In this document: positions 42,876-52,800 of the stretch, piece by piece
Numbering within the stretch: position 1 is the stretch's first letter
How the letters are laid out: the number at the start of each line of letters is the position of its first letter
NCBI GenBank assembly: GCA_008690995.1
Contig: VRMN01000002.1
Coordinates: forward strand, 124,001-188,000
DNA from: Porphyridium purpureum
Taxonomy: Eukaryota
Length of the DNA stretch: 64,000 nucleotides
Direction: 5' to 3'
Position numbers and translations under genes: made by a program
Notes under the pieces: model-generated
The model's database searches: none
The model's input: the letters and a program-made list of their open reading frames with translations, nothing else
What the model was told of the DNA's origin: nothing

Positions 42876-45800
42876 ATGGCGCAGGCGCTGTTGGGGGCCG
42901 CGGCTGGTGTTGATCTCCCGTCGGTAATGCGCATGAGCGGCGCTTGTTGCCCCGGCCCTGAGCTCGTTCGCGCCTGGGGCGTGACCAGTCAGAGCTGTGG
43001 CGGCCAGGTGATGGATTACCTCCTCCTGTCTGTGCAAATATGGCTCACCATCGGGGCTGTGCGCTGTGCAACGCTCCTCTGGCACGAAATGTGCCACTTG
43101 GCAGCCGCAATGGCGTGTTCGGTGCTGAGCAGTTGTGAGCAAGGCGGCGTTTTTTCAAAGTGGCGCAGCGCGTGGTTTACCGTTTGCACACGCGAGAATC
43201 TGACAGCGCACAAGCCGCTGCGCTGGTGGGCACAAACGTTGGTATTTTGGGCACGGCCCTTGTTTCCGACCGAACCAGAGCTGCCACACGTCATGGTCGC
43301 GACCGGTCGGTACGCGTCCACCATTCGCCTCGCGGGACCAGCGGGCTCGCTGTCCTTGTCCGTGGCGGCCGCGGTCGCGCTCCTAATACAAATCTCACGT
43401 GGCGCGCAATGGGGCCGTGATCAAAATGCCATCCTGTGGTTCACGCGCTGCGTGTTTGCAGTGTCCTTGTGGACAAGCCTTGACGCGCTCGTGTCAGACG
43501 TGTGCATGCAGCCACACCACACGTTGGGCGAGAAAGAGCGCTGCCATGGACTGAGCAGCAACGTGGAGCAGCATTCGGTCTTCTTCTGCGGCAATTTTGG
43601 TGCTCTCGTGTACTGGCAGGCATCGCGCTCATCGCGGCATTTTCTGGATATGGTGCGGAGCATGATTGCAGTGACTATGCTGCGCGGAGGCCAAGCAGGC
43701 GGTGCTGTGATGTACGTGCCAGACGCCGCGCAGCCAGGCAGCATGCGTGCTGTGAGGTCGCGACTGGTGAACTCCAAGCGAGGCCGACTGGACTACAAAA
43801 TTGTGCGCGCTCTGCGCTGGCGCTTGGCACTTTGGACACTGTGGCTCAAGCTGCGCCGTGCCTTTGCATGGCTGACTGGAGGCCTTGGGAAAAGGCCGTG
43901 GCGAGGCGGCGCTGGAAACGGTCAAGCCGAGGACGCAGAGCTGAGCCCGGGTCTGGAAGATGCCAGCCAGGGTCGCCGCAGCGTGGTGCTTCTGCAGGGC
44001 CACACGCGCTTTGCCACATCGTCACTGCTCAAGACGCGCGAAACGCATCCGCACACCTGGGGTGGACGGGAAATGAAGCGCGTTTGGGTACGCAGCTGTA
44101 CGCCTGGCGGGCTCTACGTGCAAGTAACACAAAATGTGCAGAACTTTATCACGCATAATGGAGACTTTGATTTTTGCGAGCTGTTCCATGAAGACCAGTC
44201 AGTACGTGTGGTACACCGTTGGCTGGAGATGGTGCTGGGCGTGCCCAACGCCGGCACAGGCGATAGTGTCAACATTGCTGGGCTATTTGACCTTGTACGT
44301 ACGCAGGGCTTGTGGTATGAGAGCGTTCGGCTTGCATATTGCATGTTTGTACTCAAGTCAATTAGCGATGTACCAGACTTTGATACCATGCGTAAAGTTG
44401 CTGCCGTATTTGAACGTGAATTCAAGGCCTGGAATGACAACATGCTGATGCGTTCCAACAAGCCACGAGCCGCACGATCAGCCACGGGTGGACCTGACGG
44501 TCTGGAGGTGTCAATGGACGATGTAGGCATTGACCTGACCATCGAAATCTCAGCGCTCGACTTGATGCTACTCATCTCGAATTTTGGCCGCGGACTTGGA
44601 GAGCAATGCCCTGAAATTGAGAGCGAAGTTGCAAACGCGCTTTGCACGGCTTCAGTTGATTATTTCTTCCGCAACTCTACGCGCAAGGCTATGGAATGGT
44701 TCTTGGAGCGCGCCAAGGGCTCCTTTGGCATCGCGGTATCGAACAGCATGCGCCGTGATGAAATTGTGCTCGCCGCGCATGGCCAGCCCATGTTCATTGG
44801 ATGGAACGGTAGTCAAAGCGGTATGGAGTGCGACAATACAAGCGAATGCATGGACACAGTTCTATATGGCTCGGAGGTACATGCGCTTGAGGTAGCTCTT
44901 CTCGGCGCCGGCGCGCCTGGTACACACCAGCGTCTTACTAAATACTTCCAGCTCGCAGACACGCATGGAGAAGTGTTCCAGATCGCCCGTCGACCGGACG
45001 AATTTGAGGCCGAGGCGCGGGTCTTGTGCATGATCGAGGATGGGCATGCAGTGAAGCTTATGTATAATCTGCGACGTGCTCTGCATCACTCGAGTAAGGC
45101 TAAAGGCATGGCAGATGCTGCGTTGGAGGACGATGGGGGCTCAATGAATCCAAAGAAGAAACAAGTGTCCAATGGTCATCAAATGCATCCCAAGGGCAGC
45201 GATGGCAGCGACGGCTCGACAACTGACGATATTCCAGCAGACTATGGAAACACCTTAATTCACCTACCAGGTTCCCCCTTCCTGTTCCGTGCATTCAGCC
45301 TCGAGAGCGGTGCGTATTTGACCGAGACCGAGCTGCTGCTGCGCACGCATCCGTTCGTACACCAAACGCCATCGGACGATGATGCCAGTGGTTCATCCGA
45401 AAAGCACCGGACGAAAGGTACATGGGGGCAAGACGATGTTTGGCAGGACTTGCAAGACCTGCCCGGTGTGCTGAAGCGCATTGAGTCCGACTGGGACTCG
45501 AGCGCTGCAAAGGCCGCACACTCTTCTGGTGGCGTTGATTTAGAGCCACCTACAGCAGTGAAAAGCGCCGTCAGCAATGGTTCAGTCATTCGCGAGCTTG
45601 GGCACGCGTTTGCGGCTCTTGCTGACAACCATGCTTTATACCAATATTCAACGCGCGGTCTGGAACGCGGGCTAGACGTGCTGGTGGTGGGTGTCGAGGT
45701 GTCACTGTGGATTTCGGAGCAGTTTGTGGCCGACCTTGAGGTCGCATTTCCGAAGATCCGAGCTCGAGCATGGTCGGCTAACAAGGTGTTGGGCGCGCTG

Positions 45801-47831
45801 GGCACCTTCCGCGACCCGTCCGGCCCACTTGGTTTTGCGCACGGCGAGCTGCCAAACTTGACGTTCTCCATGAACAAGAAGGGCATCGTCCTGCTGGTGT
45901 CGCAGTCAGGCGTCACGTTCCCGACGTACCATGCAGCGAAAATCCTTGAAAAGGCGTTTGCGTCGCGTGTGTTTGTGCTTACGAGCGACCGTACCAACCT
46001 GATCTCACAGGTTGTGCATCACCGTGCAGACCGCGTGATTTTGAACCACGCTGGCGCCCGGCCTGCTGAACCGTCATCTGTCGCCCTCGTCGCTGCACAC
46101 CATAGCCTTACGCGCGTGCTCGAGTTGTTCATGGCGACAGCTTTCGTGCGCTACGGTGGCAAGCACGACCGACCGTTTGGCATGGCGTTTGGTGCCAGCG
46201 ACTTGCAGACCATGCGGGATACACGAGCCGCGTTTGTGCAAAACTGTGCGACCTATTGCGATGCTGGCTCCGACGTGTACGCGCAGCTCAAGGCTGCTGG
46301 CCGGCACTTTGGCAATCACATCCTGGAGCCTTTCGTCAGCGTTGTATTGGGCACCATTTACATTCTGGTTACCGTCGGTTTCACCGGCGCGCCGGCGAGT
46401 GAGCTTGCCAAGCATATTTGTGGCCGTTCACTGTGCAATGCAAATGCACAACGCTACGTGGCTGGGGTGGTGGACGCCGTGTTGTACATTTTCCTGCCAT
46501 GGTGGACGGCAATGCTGTTTCGGCTTGTCACGCGTCGCGACATGCTTGCGCGGCTGGGCAAGCGCACGCTGGTGATCTGCGATATGCCCTGGGTGCATCA
46601 GGCTCTGGAGATGTACGTGAGCAAGCTCTTCGCACTGGCATACGGTTGGATGAGCGTGGATGTGCACGGCGCCAACGCTTTGGACCACTTTGTGCATCGC
46701 TTCACGCATCGCGTGACGCGCGGAGTCATGCTTGCCGTCGGTCGGCCGGATGGTCGCCTTATCTCACTTACCGCACGTGAGGCGCAATGCCTCATGGCTG
46801 CGCTACAGGCCAAGTGCGTTCAGCATCTGCGTTCCGGCCCAGACCTTATTACGGTGGGTCACAATTCGTACAAGCCGAGCGTGCTTGAGCGTGATATATC
46901 CGTCGCGCTTCCAACGCAACGCAAAATGTTCATGTGCGAACGCATGCTTGAGATAGATCCAGCCATCGGCATGGAGGCCAAAGGTGGCACACTTGTGCCA
47001 GTTGACAGCGGCTCGGGCGCGAGGACAGGATCACCCATGACGAATGTGCACGAAATCATGTCCAAGCAGGAGAGTGTCTTTGCAAAAACTTTGACGCTTG
47101 GCAAGGAGGACGAGAGTGGGTCCAACGGAGGTGCGGGTATGAGGCGTAAATCCACGATCACAGAAGCGCTGAATTTAGATGTGCTCGGTATGATGGGCAA
47201 GACCACCAATCGTCGCTCGCTGCTTGTGCGGCAACTCGAAACGCTTGACGCGGCGTCGTCGTCCTGGCATCATTTGCAAGGGTCCAAGCACGGCACAGAC
47301 TCGCAATTGGCGCGACGCGGTCCGGGTACCGGAACTACCTGCGACGGCGGCGATGCGGCCGGCGGCATGAAGCTTAACCCGGTGCGGCTTGCGGACCGCG
47401 CGGGCATCTATGAGTCCCTGTACCCAGAGGAATGCAGGCAGGCGCTGCAGCCCGAGATTGCAGCTGCAGATGATATGCGTAGGCGCGACGTGTATGTGGC
47501 ATCACTCGCGCGGCTCGAGACCAACGTCATTATTTTGTGCGAAGGGCGGTTTTTCAGCGCCGAGCGTTTTGTGGGCTTCTGCCTCTTGTTCCATGCCATG
47601 GCACGTGTGTGCAGTGTGTGGTGGCCGCTGGACTGGGACATTGCCCACAGCCAGAGCTATCTGCGTGTTGCCTCGACAGCGTGTCCCGTGAGCGCTGCGG
47701 ATGTTGGCCGCGTGATGCACCGCTCTGACGGCGTGGGTAAAAATGGCACGGGCGCGTATGGAGGTGGCGTTGGAAGCGCCCTGGAGAACGCGAGCATGCA
47801 TTGGGCGCACCCGAACATGTCACGATGGTGA
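42876..47831 (+). CDS. Fusion: M50-like membrane metalloprotease module + Ntn (class II) glutamine amidotransferase-like domain + SIS-like domains with TM hairpin
   Basis: HEMCH (43083), IRLAGP (43323) and LVSD (~43490) lie in hydrophobic segments. Then FFCGNFG (Cys at 43587), LRGGQAGG, GHTRFAT (43998), ETHPH, THNGD, GSFGI, LYGSE, followed by LLVSQSGVT (SIS). Start may be ATG 43011. Confidence 0.8.
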   Translation: MAQALLGAAAGVDLPSVMRMSGACCPGPELVRAWGVTSQSCGGQVMDYLLLSVQIWLTIGAVRCATLLWHEMCHLAAAMACSVLSSCEQGGVFSKWRSAWFTVCTRENLTAHKPLRWWAQTLVFWARPLFPTEPELPHVMVATGRYASTIRLAGPAGSLSLSVAAAVALLIQISRGAQWGRDQNAILWFTRCVFAVSLWTSLDALVSDVCMQPHHTLGEKERCHGLSSNVEQHSVFFCGNFGALVYWQASRSSRHFLDMVRSMIAVTMLRGGQAGGAVMYVPDAAQPGSMRAVRSRLVNSKRGRLDYKIVRALRWRLALWTLWLKLRRAFAWLTGGLGKRPWRGGAGNGQAEDAELSPGLEDASQGRRSVVLLQGHTRFATSSLLKTRETHPHTWGGREMKRVWVRSCTPGGLYVQVTQNVQNFITHNGDFDFCELFHEDQSVRVVHRWLEMVLGVPNAGTGDSVNIAGLFDLVRTQGLWYESVRLAYCMFVLKSISDVPDFDTMRKVAAVFEREFKAWNDNMLMRSNKPRAARSATGGPDGLEVSMDDVGIDLTIEISALDLMLLISNFGRGLGEQCPEIESEVANALCTASVDYFFRNSTRKAMEWFLERAKGSFGIAVSNSMRRDEIVLAAHGQPMFIGWNGSQSGMECDNTSECMDTVLYGSEVHALEVALLGAGAPGTHQRLTKYFQLADTHGEVFQIARRPDEFEAEARVLCMIEDGHAVKLMYNLRRALHHSSKAKGMADAALEDDGGSMNPKKKQVSNGHQMHPKGSDGSDGSTTDDIPADYGNTLIHLPGSPFLFRAFSLESGAYLTETELLLRTHPFVHQTPSDDDASGSSEKHRTKGTWGQDDVWQDLQDLPGVLKRIESDWDSSAAKAAHSSGGVDLEPPTAVKSAVSNGSVIRELGHAFAALADNHALYQYSTRGLERGLDVLVVGVEVSLWISEQFVADLEVAFPKIRARAWSANKVLGALGTFRDPSGPLGFAHGELPNLTFSMNKKGIVLLVSQSGVTFPTYHAAKILEKAFASRVFVLTSDRTNLISQVVHHRADRVILNHAGARPAEPSSVALVAAHHSLTRVLELFMATAFVRYGGKHDRPFGMAFGASDLQTMRDTRAAFVQNCATYCDAGSDVYAQLKAAGRHFGNHILEPFVSVVLGTIYILVTVGFTGAPASELAKHICGRSLCNANAQRYVAGVVDAVLYIFLPWWTAMLFRLVTRRDMLARLGKRTLVICDMPWVHQALEMYVSKLFALAYGWMSVDVHGANALDHFVHRFTHRVTRGVMLAVGRPDGRLISLTAREAQCLMAALQAKCVQHLRSGPDLITVGHNSYKPSVLERDISVALPTQRKMFMCERMLEIDPAIGMEAKGGTLVPVDSGSGARTGSPMTNVHEIMSKQESVFAKTLTLGKEDESGSNGGAGMRRKSTITEALNLDVLGMMGKTTNRRSLLVRQLETLDAASSSWHHLQGSKHGTDSQLARRGPGTGTTCDGGDAAGGMKLNPVRLADRAGIYESLYPEECRQALQPEIAAADDMRRRDVYVASLARLETNVIILCEGRFFSAERFVGFCLLFHAMARVCSVWWPLDWDIAHSQSYLRVASTACPVSAADVGRVMHRSDGVGKNGTGAYGGGVGSALENASMHWAHPNMSRW

Positions 47832-48396
47832 GCACTGGAAACGAAGGACCAAGGTTTTAAAGAAATTTTTTTTTTTCGAGACGCACACAGTGTGCGAGAT
47901 GACAGCTTGAAAGATTGCAGATGATGGGAGAGTGGTACAGAAATAGTGGGTTTGAGCGCAAGATGCCAAATGTACGCACTGTGCGAACAACTTGCCCAAT
48001 CGTAGACAGATAGTTTGATAGATAAGTAGACAGATAGATACAAAGGTAGTCCCAGATAGATCGATAGGGTAGCCGGAGCCTGTCTCTCGCGCCATTCTTC
48101 ACCCACATTACTCACGGCCTGTCGCAGGTCCCCCCAGTGCCGCCAGCCGCCACCCACCTGACGGAACGTGCGAGCGGCGCGCGCCTGCCTGTGCCAATTT
48201 CACTGTACCTCCATGCTTTGCTGCGGAAAATCGTGGTTCTTATCAACTGTACACCCAGCGCGTGCAAGGTTTAGCGGGCGATGCGACGCGGGCCTGCATC
48301 ACGGCGCGCGAGAGAGAACGTCACGACACAACTCGGCGCGGCGCGAGGCGTGAGGGAAGCGATGCGCCGGCGCTTGCGGCGCGGCAGGACAGCAGC

Positions 48397-49725
48397 ATGG
48401 TGCAGGACAAGAAGAAGCTGCTGCTGATGGGCAAGAGCGGCGCAGGAAAGACCTCCATGCGCTCCATCGTGTTCGCAAATTATGTGCCCCGCGACACCGA
48501 GCGGCTGGGAGCCACAATCGACGTGGAGCGCTCCCACATCCGCTTCCTCGGCGACCTGGTTCTCTCCTTGTGGGACTGTGGCGGGTACGTTTTCTGCGAT
48601 CTCCTTTGGATTCCGCCTCGTTGTTTCGGTTCCAGCGTCCACGCATACGGGATGACACACAGCAAGTTTTTTTTCTATTTAACATCTTAGGACACCTTCT
48701 GACTGCTCCGGTAGGATGAGAAGGACTTGTCGTTTTTCTGAGCAGGCTTCTCTGGAACCGGCGCTTCGAACGCGCTCAGCGGACGCGCGTATCGCACGTT
48801 CGTCCATTTTCGACAATGGGTACTCGATTGCGTCTTCTCATGGACCGTATGCTGACCGATTTTCTCCGCTCCTTTCCTCACGACGCTTGGCTCTTCGACG
48901 ATTCGTTCCATAACTCGGTGTTATTTATCTGCCGCGGCGTCTGCGCGCCCGCTGGCTGTTGGCTGGGAACTGATGTGTCTCTTGACGCACAGGCAGGACA
49001 GTTTTATGGAAAACTTTGTTGGCGCACAGCGCGAAAATGTTTTCAACGGGGTCGCAGTCATGATATATGTGTTTGACGCCGAATTCCGACAGGACCCAAA
49101 AGACATGAGCTACTTTCGGATGTGCTGCGAGTCGATTGCGGCCAAGTCGCCCCAGTGCCGCGTGTTCTGCCTTGTGCACAAGATGGATCTGATTCACGAG
49201 GAGAACCGCGAGTCGGTGTTCGCAGAGCAGTCGAGCGCGATCCGGCGCGTATCACATATGCTTCCTGTGCCAGCCGAGTGCTTCTCGACGTCGATCTGGG
49301 ACGAGACGCTGTACCGCGCTTGGAGCTCCATTGTGTGCTCGTTGGTGAGTAACGTGTCGACGCTCGAGGCGAATCTGCGAGCGCTATGTGTTGCGTGCGA
49401 AGCGGACGAAGTTGTTCTCTTTGAGCGCGCCACCTTTTTAGTGATTGCGCAGGCGCACACAAAGCCACATGAAGACGTGCATCGCTTCGAGAAGATCTCC
49501 AACATCATCAAGCAATTCAAGCTGAGCTGCAACAAGTCGCGCTCGCAGTTTGAGTCGCTGCAGCTGCAGAACGAGTCCATCACCGCGCTTATCGACAACT
49601 TCACGCAGTACACGTGCGTGATGCTCATCACGTCGGACCGCCGTGCGCGTCCGGCCATCACTACATTCAACGTGCACAACGTGCGCGACTACTTTGAGCG
49701 CCTGCTCGAGCAGGTGCTCGACTAG
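48397..49725 (+). CDS. RRAGA: Rag GTPase RagA/Gtr1 (2 exons: 48397-48584, 48993-49725)
   Basis: [32 protein letters not shown] is restored by a GT..AG intron at 48585-48992; also [35 protein letters not shown]. Confidence 0.96.
48643..48745 (+). ncRNA. Intronic box C/D snoRNA, SNORD58-like LSU rRNA guide
   Basis: Box C GGGATGA (48649), D' CTGA (48699), C' AGGATGA (48713), D CTGA (48738). Guide CATCTTAGGACACCT (48683-48697) is the reverse complement of the LSU rRNA segment AGGTGTCCTAAGATG (rRNA sequence recalled from plants). Confidence 0.75.
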
Positions 49726-49740
49726 CTGCCCAATACACCG

Positions 49741-49798
49741 AGCCGTTAACCCGTTATCCATTTAGTCGTTTACCCATTTAGCCGTGTAGCCGTTAAAC
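49741..49798. promoter_or_regulatory. 8-bp periodic array with three MYB/MSA-like TAACGG sites
   Basis: agccgtta acccgtta tccattta gtcgttta cccattta gccgtgta gccgttaa; CCGTTA at 49743, 49751 and 49790, ~85-140 bp upstream of the giant gene. Confidence 0.45.
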
Positions 49799-49881
49799 GC
49801 TGGACTGGCCGAGAGGGTGCGTGCCAGTTTCCGCATGCGCTCCAGGAAGGGCAGCAGACAAGAGACGCAACGCGAAGCGCC

Positions 49882-52800
49882 ATGTCGAGGGCCCAGCACA
49901 CGGGGTCGAGCGCCGCGGGCTCGGCGGGCGTCATTGTACTCGTGCATGAACAGCACGGCTCACCCGAAACCAGTCTGAATTCCGCCGTTGTGGATGGCGG
50001 CGGCGGCGGCGGCGGCAATGGCGAGGGCGCGTGCCAGCTGCTCCTGGGCGACGTGGCGTTCGGTGAGCAGGAGGTCGTACGGCGTTTCACGATCCGGAAC
50101 CCGCAGAATGTGTCATGCACCTGTACGCTGAGCGCAGACATTGAGCTCATGCAGCTCTTTTCGAGCATTTGGTTTCAGGGCGAGAACGAGAACTTTGAGG
50201 CGCGGCAGAATGCGAGCGTGCGTCCGTTTTTGGATGCAACCAGCAGCACCAGCAGTACCAGCAGCACCAGTAGCACCAGTAGCAGGAGCAGCATTGGTCG
50301 CACCGGTGACAGCACACCCCTGTATTCGAGTACAGGAACAGCAATGGAGGAACCGTCGTCCGAGCTGACTGATCAACGCGACAAAGGGAGCCCGAGCGGA
50401 ATGGAAAGTACCCATTTTTCGGCTTCACCAAGGACATTGCAGGCAGGAACGATCAACGAATCCAGCTCGGAGCTCGGTTTTCCCTTGAGATCTGGGACTG
50501 ACGATCAAATATCTGGTATGCAGGACGATGAAGGAATCCACGAGCGGAACGAACAACACAGCGTCGCGCTTGACGACCAGCATGAGGATCTGATCGGACC
50601 CGAAGGCAACGGGTGGGAAGAGAACATGCTTTTCAATGAAAACCAACCCCGTGACCGCTTCTATATCCCTGCGGGAGCGGAGCAAGTCATTTTCGTGTGC
50701 ATGTTTCCAAAGCCGCGCACCGCCGCTCCACCCGCCATCAGCGGCGTCGAAGGCACTCGGATTGATTCTCGCGGCGGTCTCTCCCGCATCTCAGGCCATA
50801 TTCGCGTTCTGCAAGAGTTTGACGGCAATTCTGGGGAGGGTTGGGTGGACGAAATTGCACAGAGCACTCCCAAGAACAACGCCTCTCTCGGAGGCGATTC
50901 CTCGTTTGCTCAAGCATTAGCATCTGAGGACCAAGTGCTGTACATTGAAGTTGTGGGTCGCATCGGTGATTCGGTGATTCGATGCGAATTAAGTGAGATC
51001 GCATTCGACCATTGCGTTCTAGGTCGGGAGTACGTCAAGGAATTTACAGTGTGGAACATGTCCGAGCTGCGGACGGCGTTCCGCATCAAATTTCCCTTCC
51101 CCTCGCTTGACTTTGTGCGCAAAAGCCAAAGTGGGAGCCAGCCCGGTGGGTACATCACGGCCATTCCCTCAGCGGCCGGTGGCATTGCAAGAAGCTTGGA
51201 ATTCGACCATAGGCATGGACACGCTGGCTCGGGGGCTCCAGTCACGTCAGGAAAAGATCGTTTCGGCGACCAGCATCACCACGCGGAGCTTGAGTTTCTT
51301 GATTTTGAAACCGATTTACGTGTTGGTATGGCAAGTGCTCCACCTCTGGAGCTTCACGCCTTTGGCAACAGACGCGTGCGTGTGGCATTCCGCCCGCTCG
51401 CTCTTATCGGCGCTGAGACACACTTTGAGCTCGAAAACGTGCGCGATCTTGGCAAGGTGCAGTTTGTGAAGCTGTCGCTCTCGGCGTTTGCGGAAGGGCT
51501 TGTGGATGGATTTGAACTCTCATGTGGGGCTGACGGGCTGAACTTTGGCGACTGCTATGCATTCAACCATGTGTCGCGCAAGGTTACCATTCGCAACCTC
51601 ACTGCTGAGAAGCTTGATGTTGCTCTTGGCTCGGACCGCCCGGATTGTGTCACTTTCTCACTTGCCGACGAAGGCGAGCTTTCTATCGGCACAAGTACTT
51701 TGGGCCACGATTCTCGCGAACATGGGCTGGACTTGGATCTTAATGCGTCGAACTTGAGCCCGCGCGAGCAAGACGATGCGCCTAAGGGCGAACATGAGCA
51801 TGATCCGGTCGTTGATAGCTTCATCGATATCAGAGGCACGGGTACGGCTTCTGGACTTGTTCAGGAAGGGAGCGACCCTGTCGTCATCAGCAAAGCTAAC
51901 ACCAGCAATGTTTCTGCGCCCAACTCGGGTGCGCCTCTGGTGTTCAACCGCAAGAACGCGATTGACGAAATTACCCTAAATCCGCGACAGGAGCGCGTGC
52001 TGCGCGTCTGGTTCTATCCGCCTGCCATGGACTTTCCACACGAGAGCGGCCATGGTACCGGTGACGGCAGCGGTGCGGGTCACGGCGCAGTCCATGACGA
52101 CGGCGATGAAGTTGATGAGGATGGAAATGGGGACAACAAAGCGAGCAACAAGCGTGGCGAAGACAGTGTCCATTCGCAAGCTGTGCGCGGATCAGTGGCT
52201 GGGTCGGTGCACCGTTCGACTGACGTCCATGCGCACGAAGGTGAGCATGAGCACGAGACACTTGACGGGCGTGATGACCACGATCATCCGTTTGAAAACC
52301 GTCGGAACAGAAATTACATTCTACAACGACTTCGCAAAGTTGAGTTCCATGTACAAATGCGGAGCTTAGCAACGAGCACTGGTGCGCACCGAGCGAAGAG
52401 CGTCTTGTGCCGTGCCCGCGTATGTGAAAGCGTAGTCCAAGTCCTTCGATCTGAGTTTCAGCTCGGTGATTGTAACGTGCAGAGTCAGCGCAGCATTGTC
52501 GTACCCGTTGTCAATTGTAGTGACCTTCCAGCTTTTTTGGGTGTCGAGTACTCGTCGAAGAGCCTTTCCAGTACGGTTAAGGAGCTTGTCATTGCACCGT
52601 GGCAGACGTATGACCTCATGTTCCATTTTGTGCCGCGCAAAGTTAATCCCGAGTACAAGAAGCAGGTCACGATTGTTAACCTGCGCAACCGTCGCGGGCG
52701 CAATGACTCGGTTTTCTGGGTGCGCGCCAATATCATGGACCACAACCAGGCCGCGGCCCACGCGCTCTACTACAAACTGCTCGCTCCCTTGCCCACCAAT

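Noticed and set aside
42876..47831. Annotation as ordinary GFAT/GlmS
   Set aside because: The Cys is internal, there are extra TM segments, the isomerase C-terminal Lys motif is missing, and the protein is far longer than GFAT.
48262..48690. 142-aa ORF as a separate truncated GTPase
   Set aside because: It is RagA exon 1 reading into the intron.
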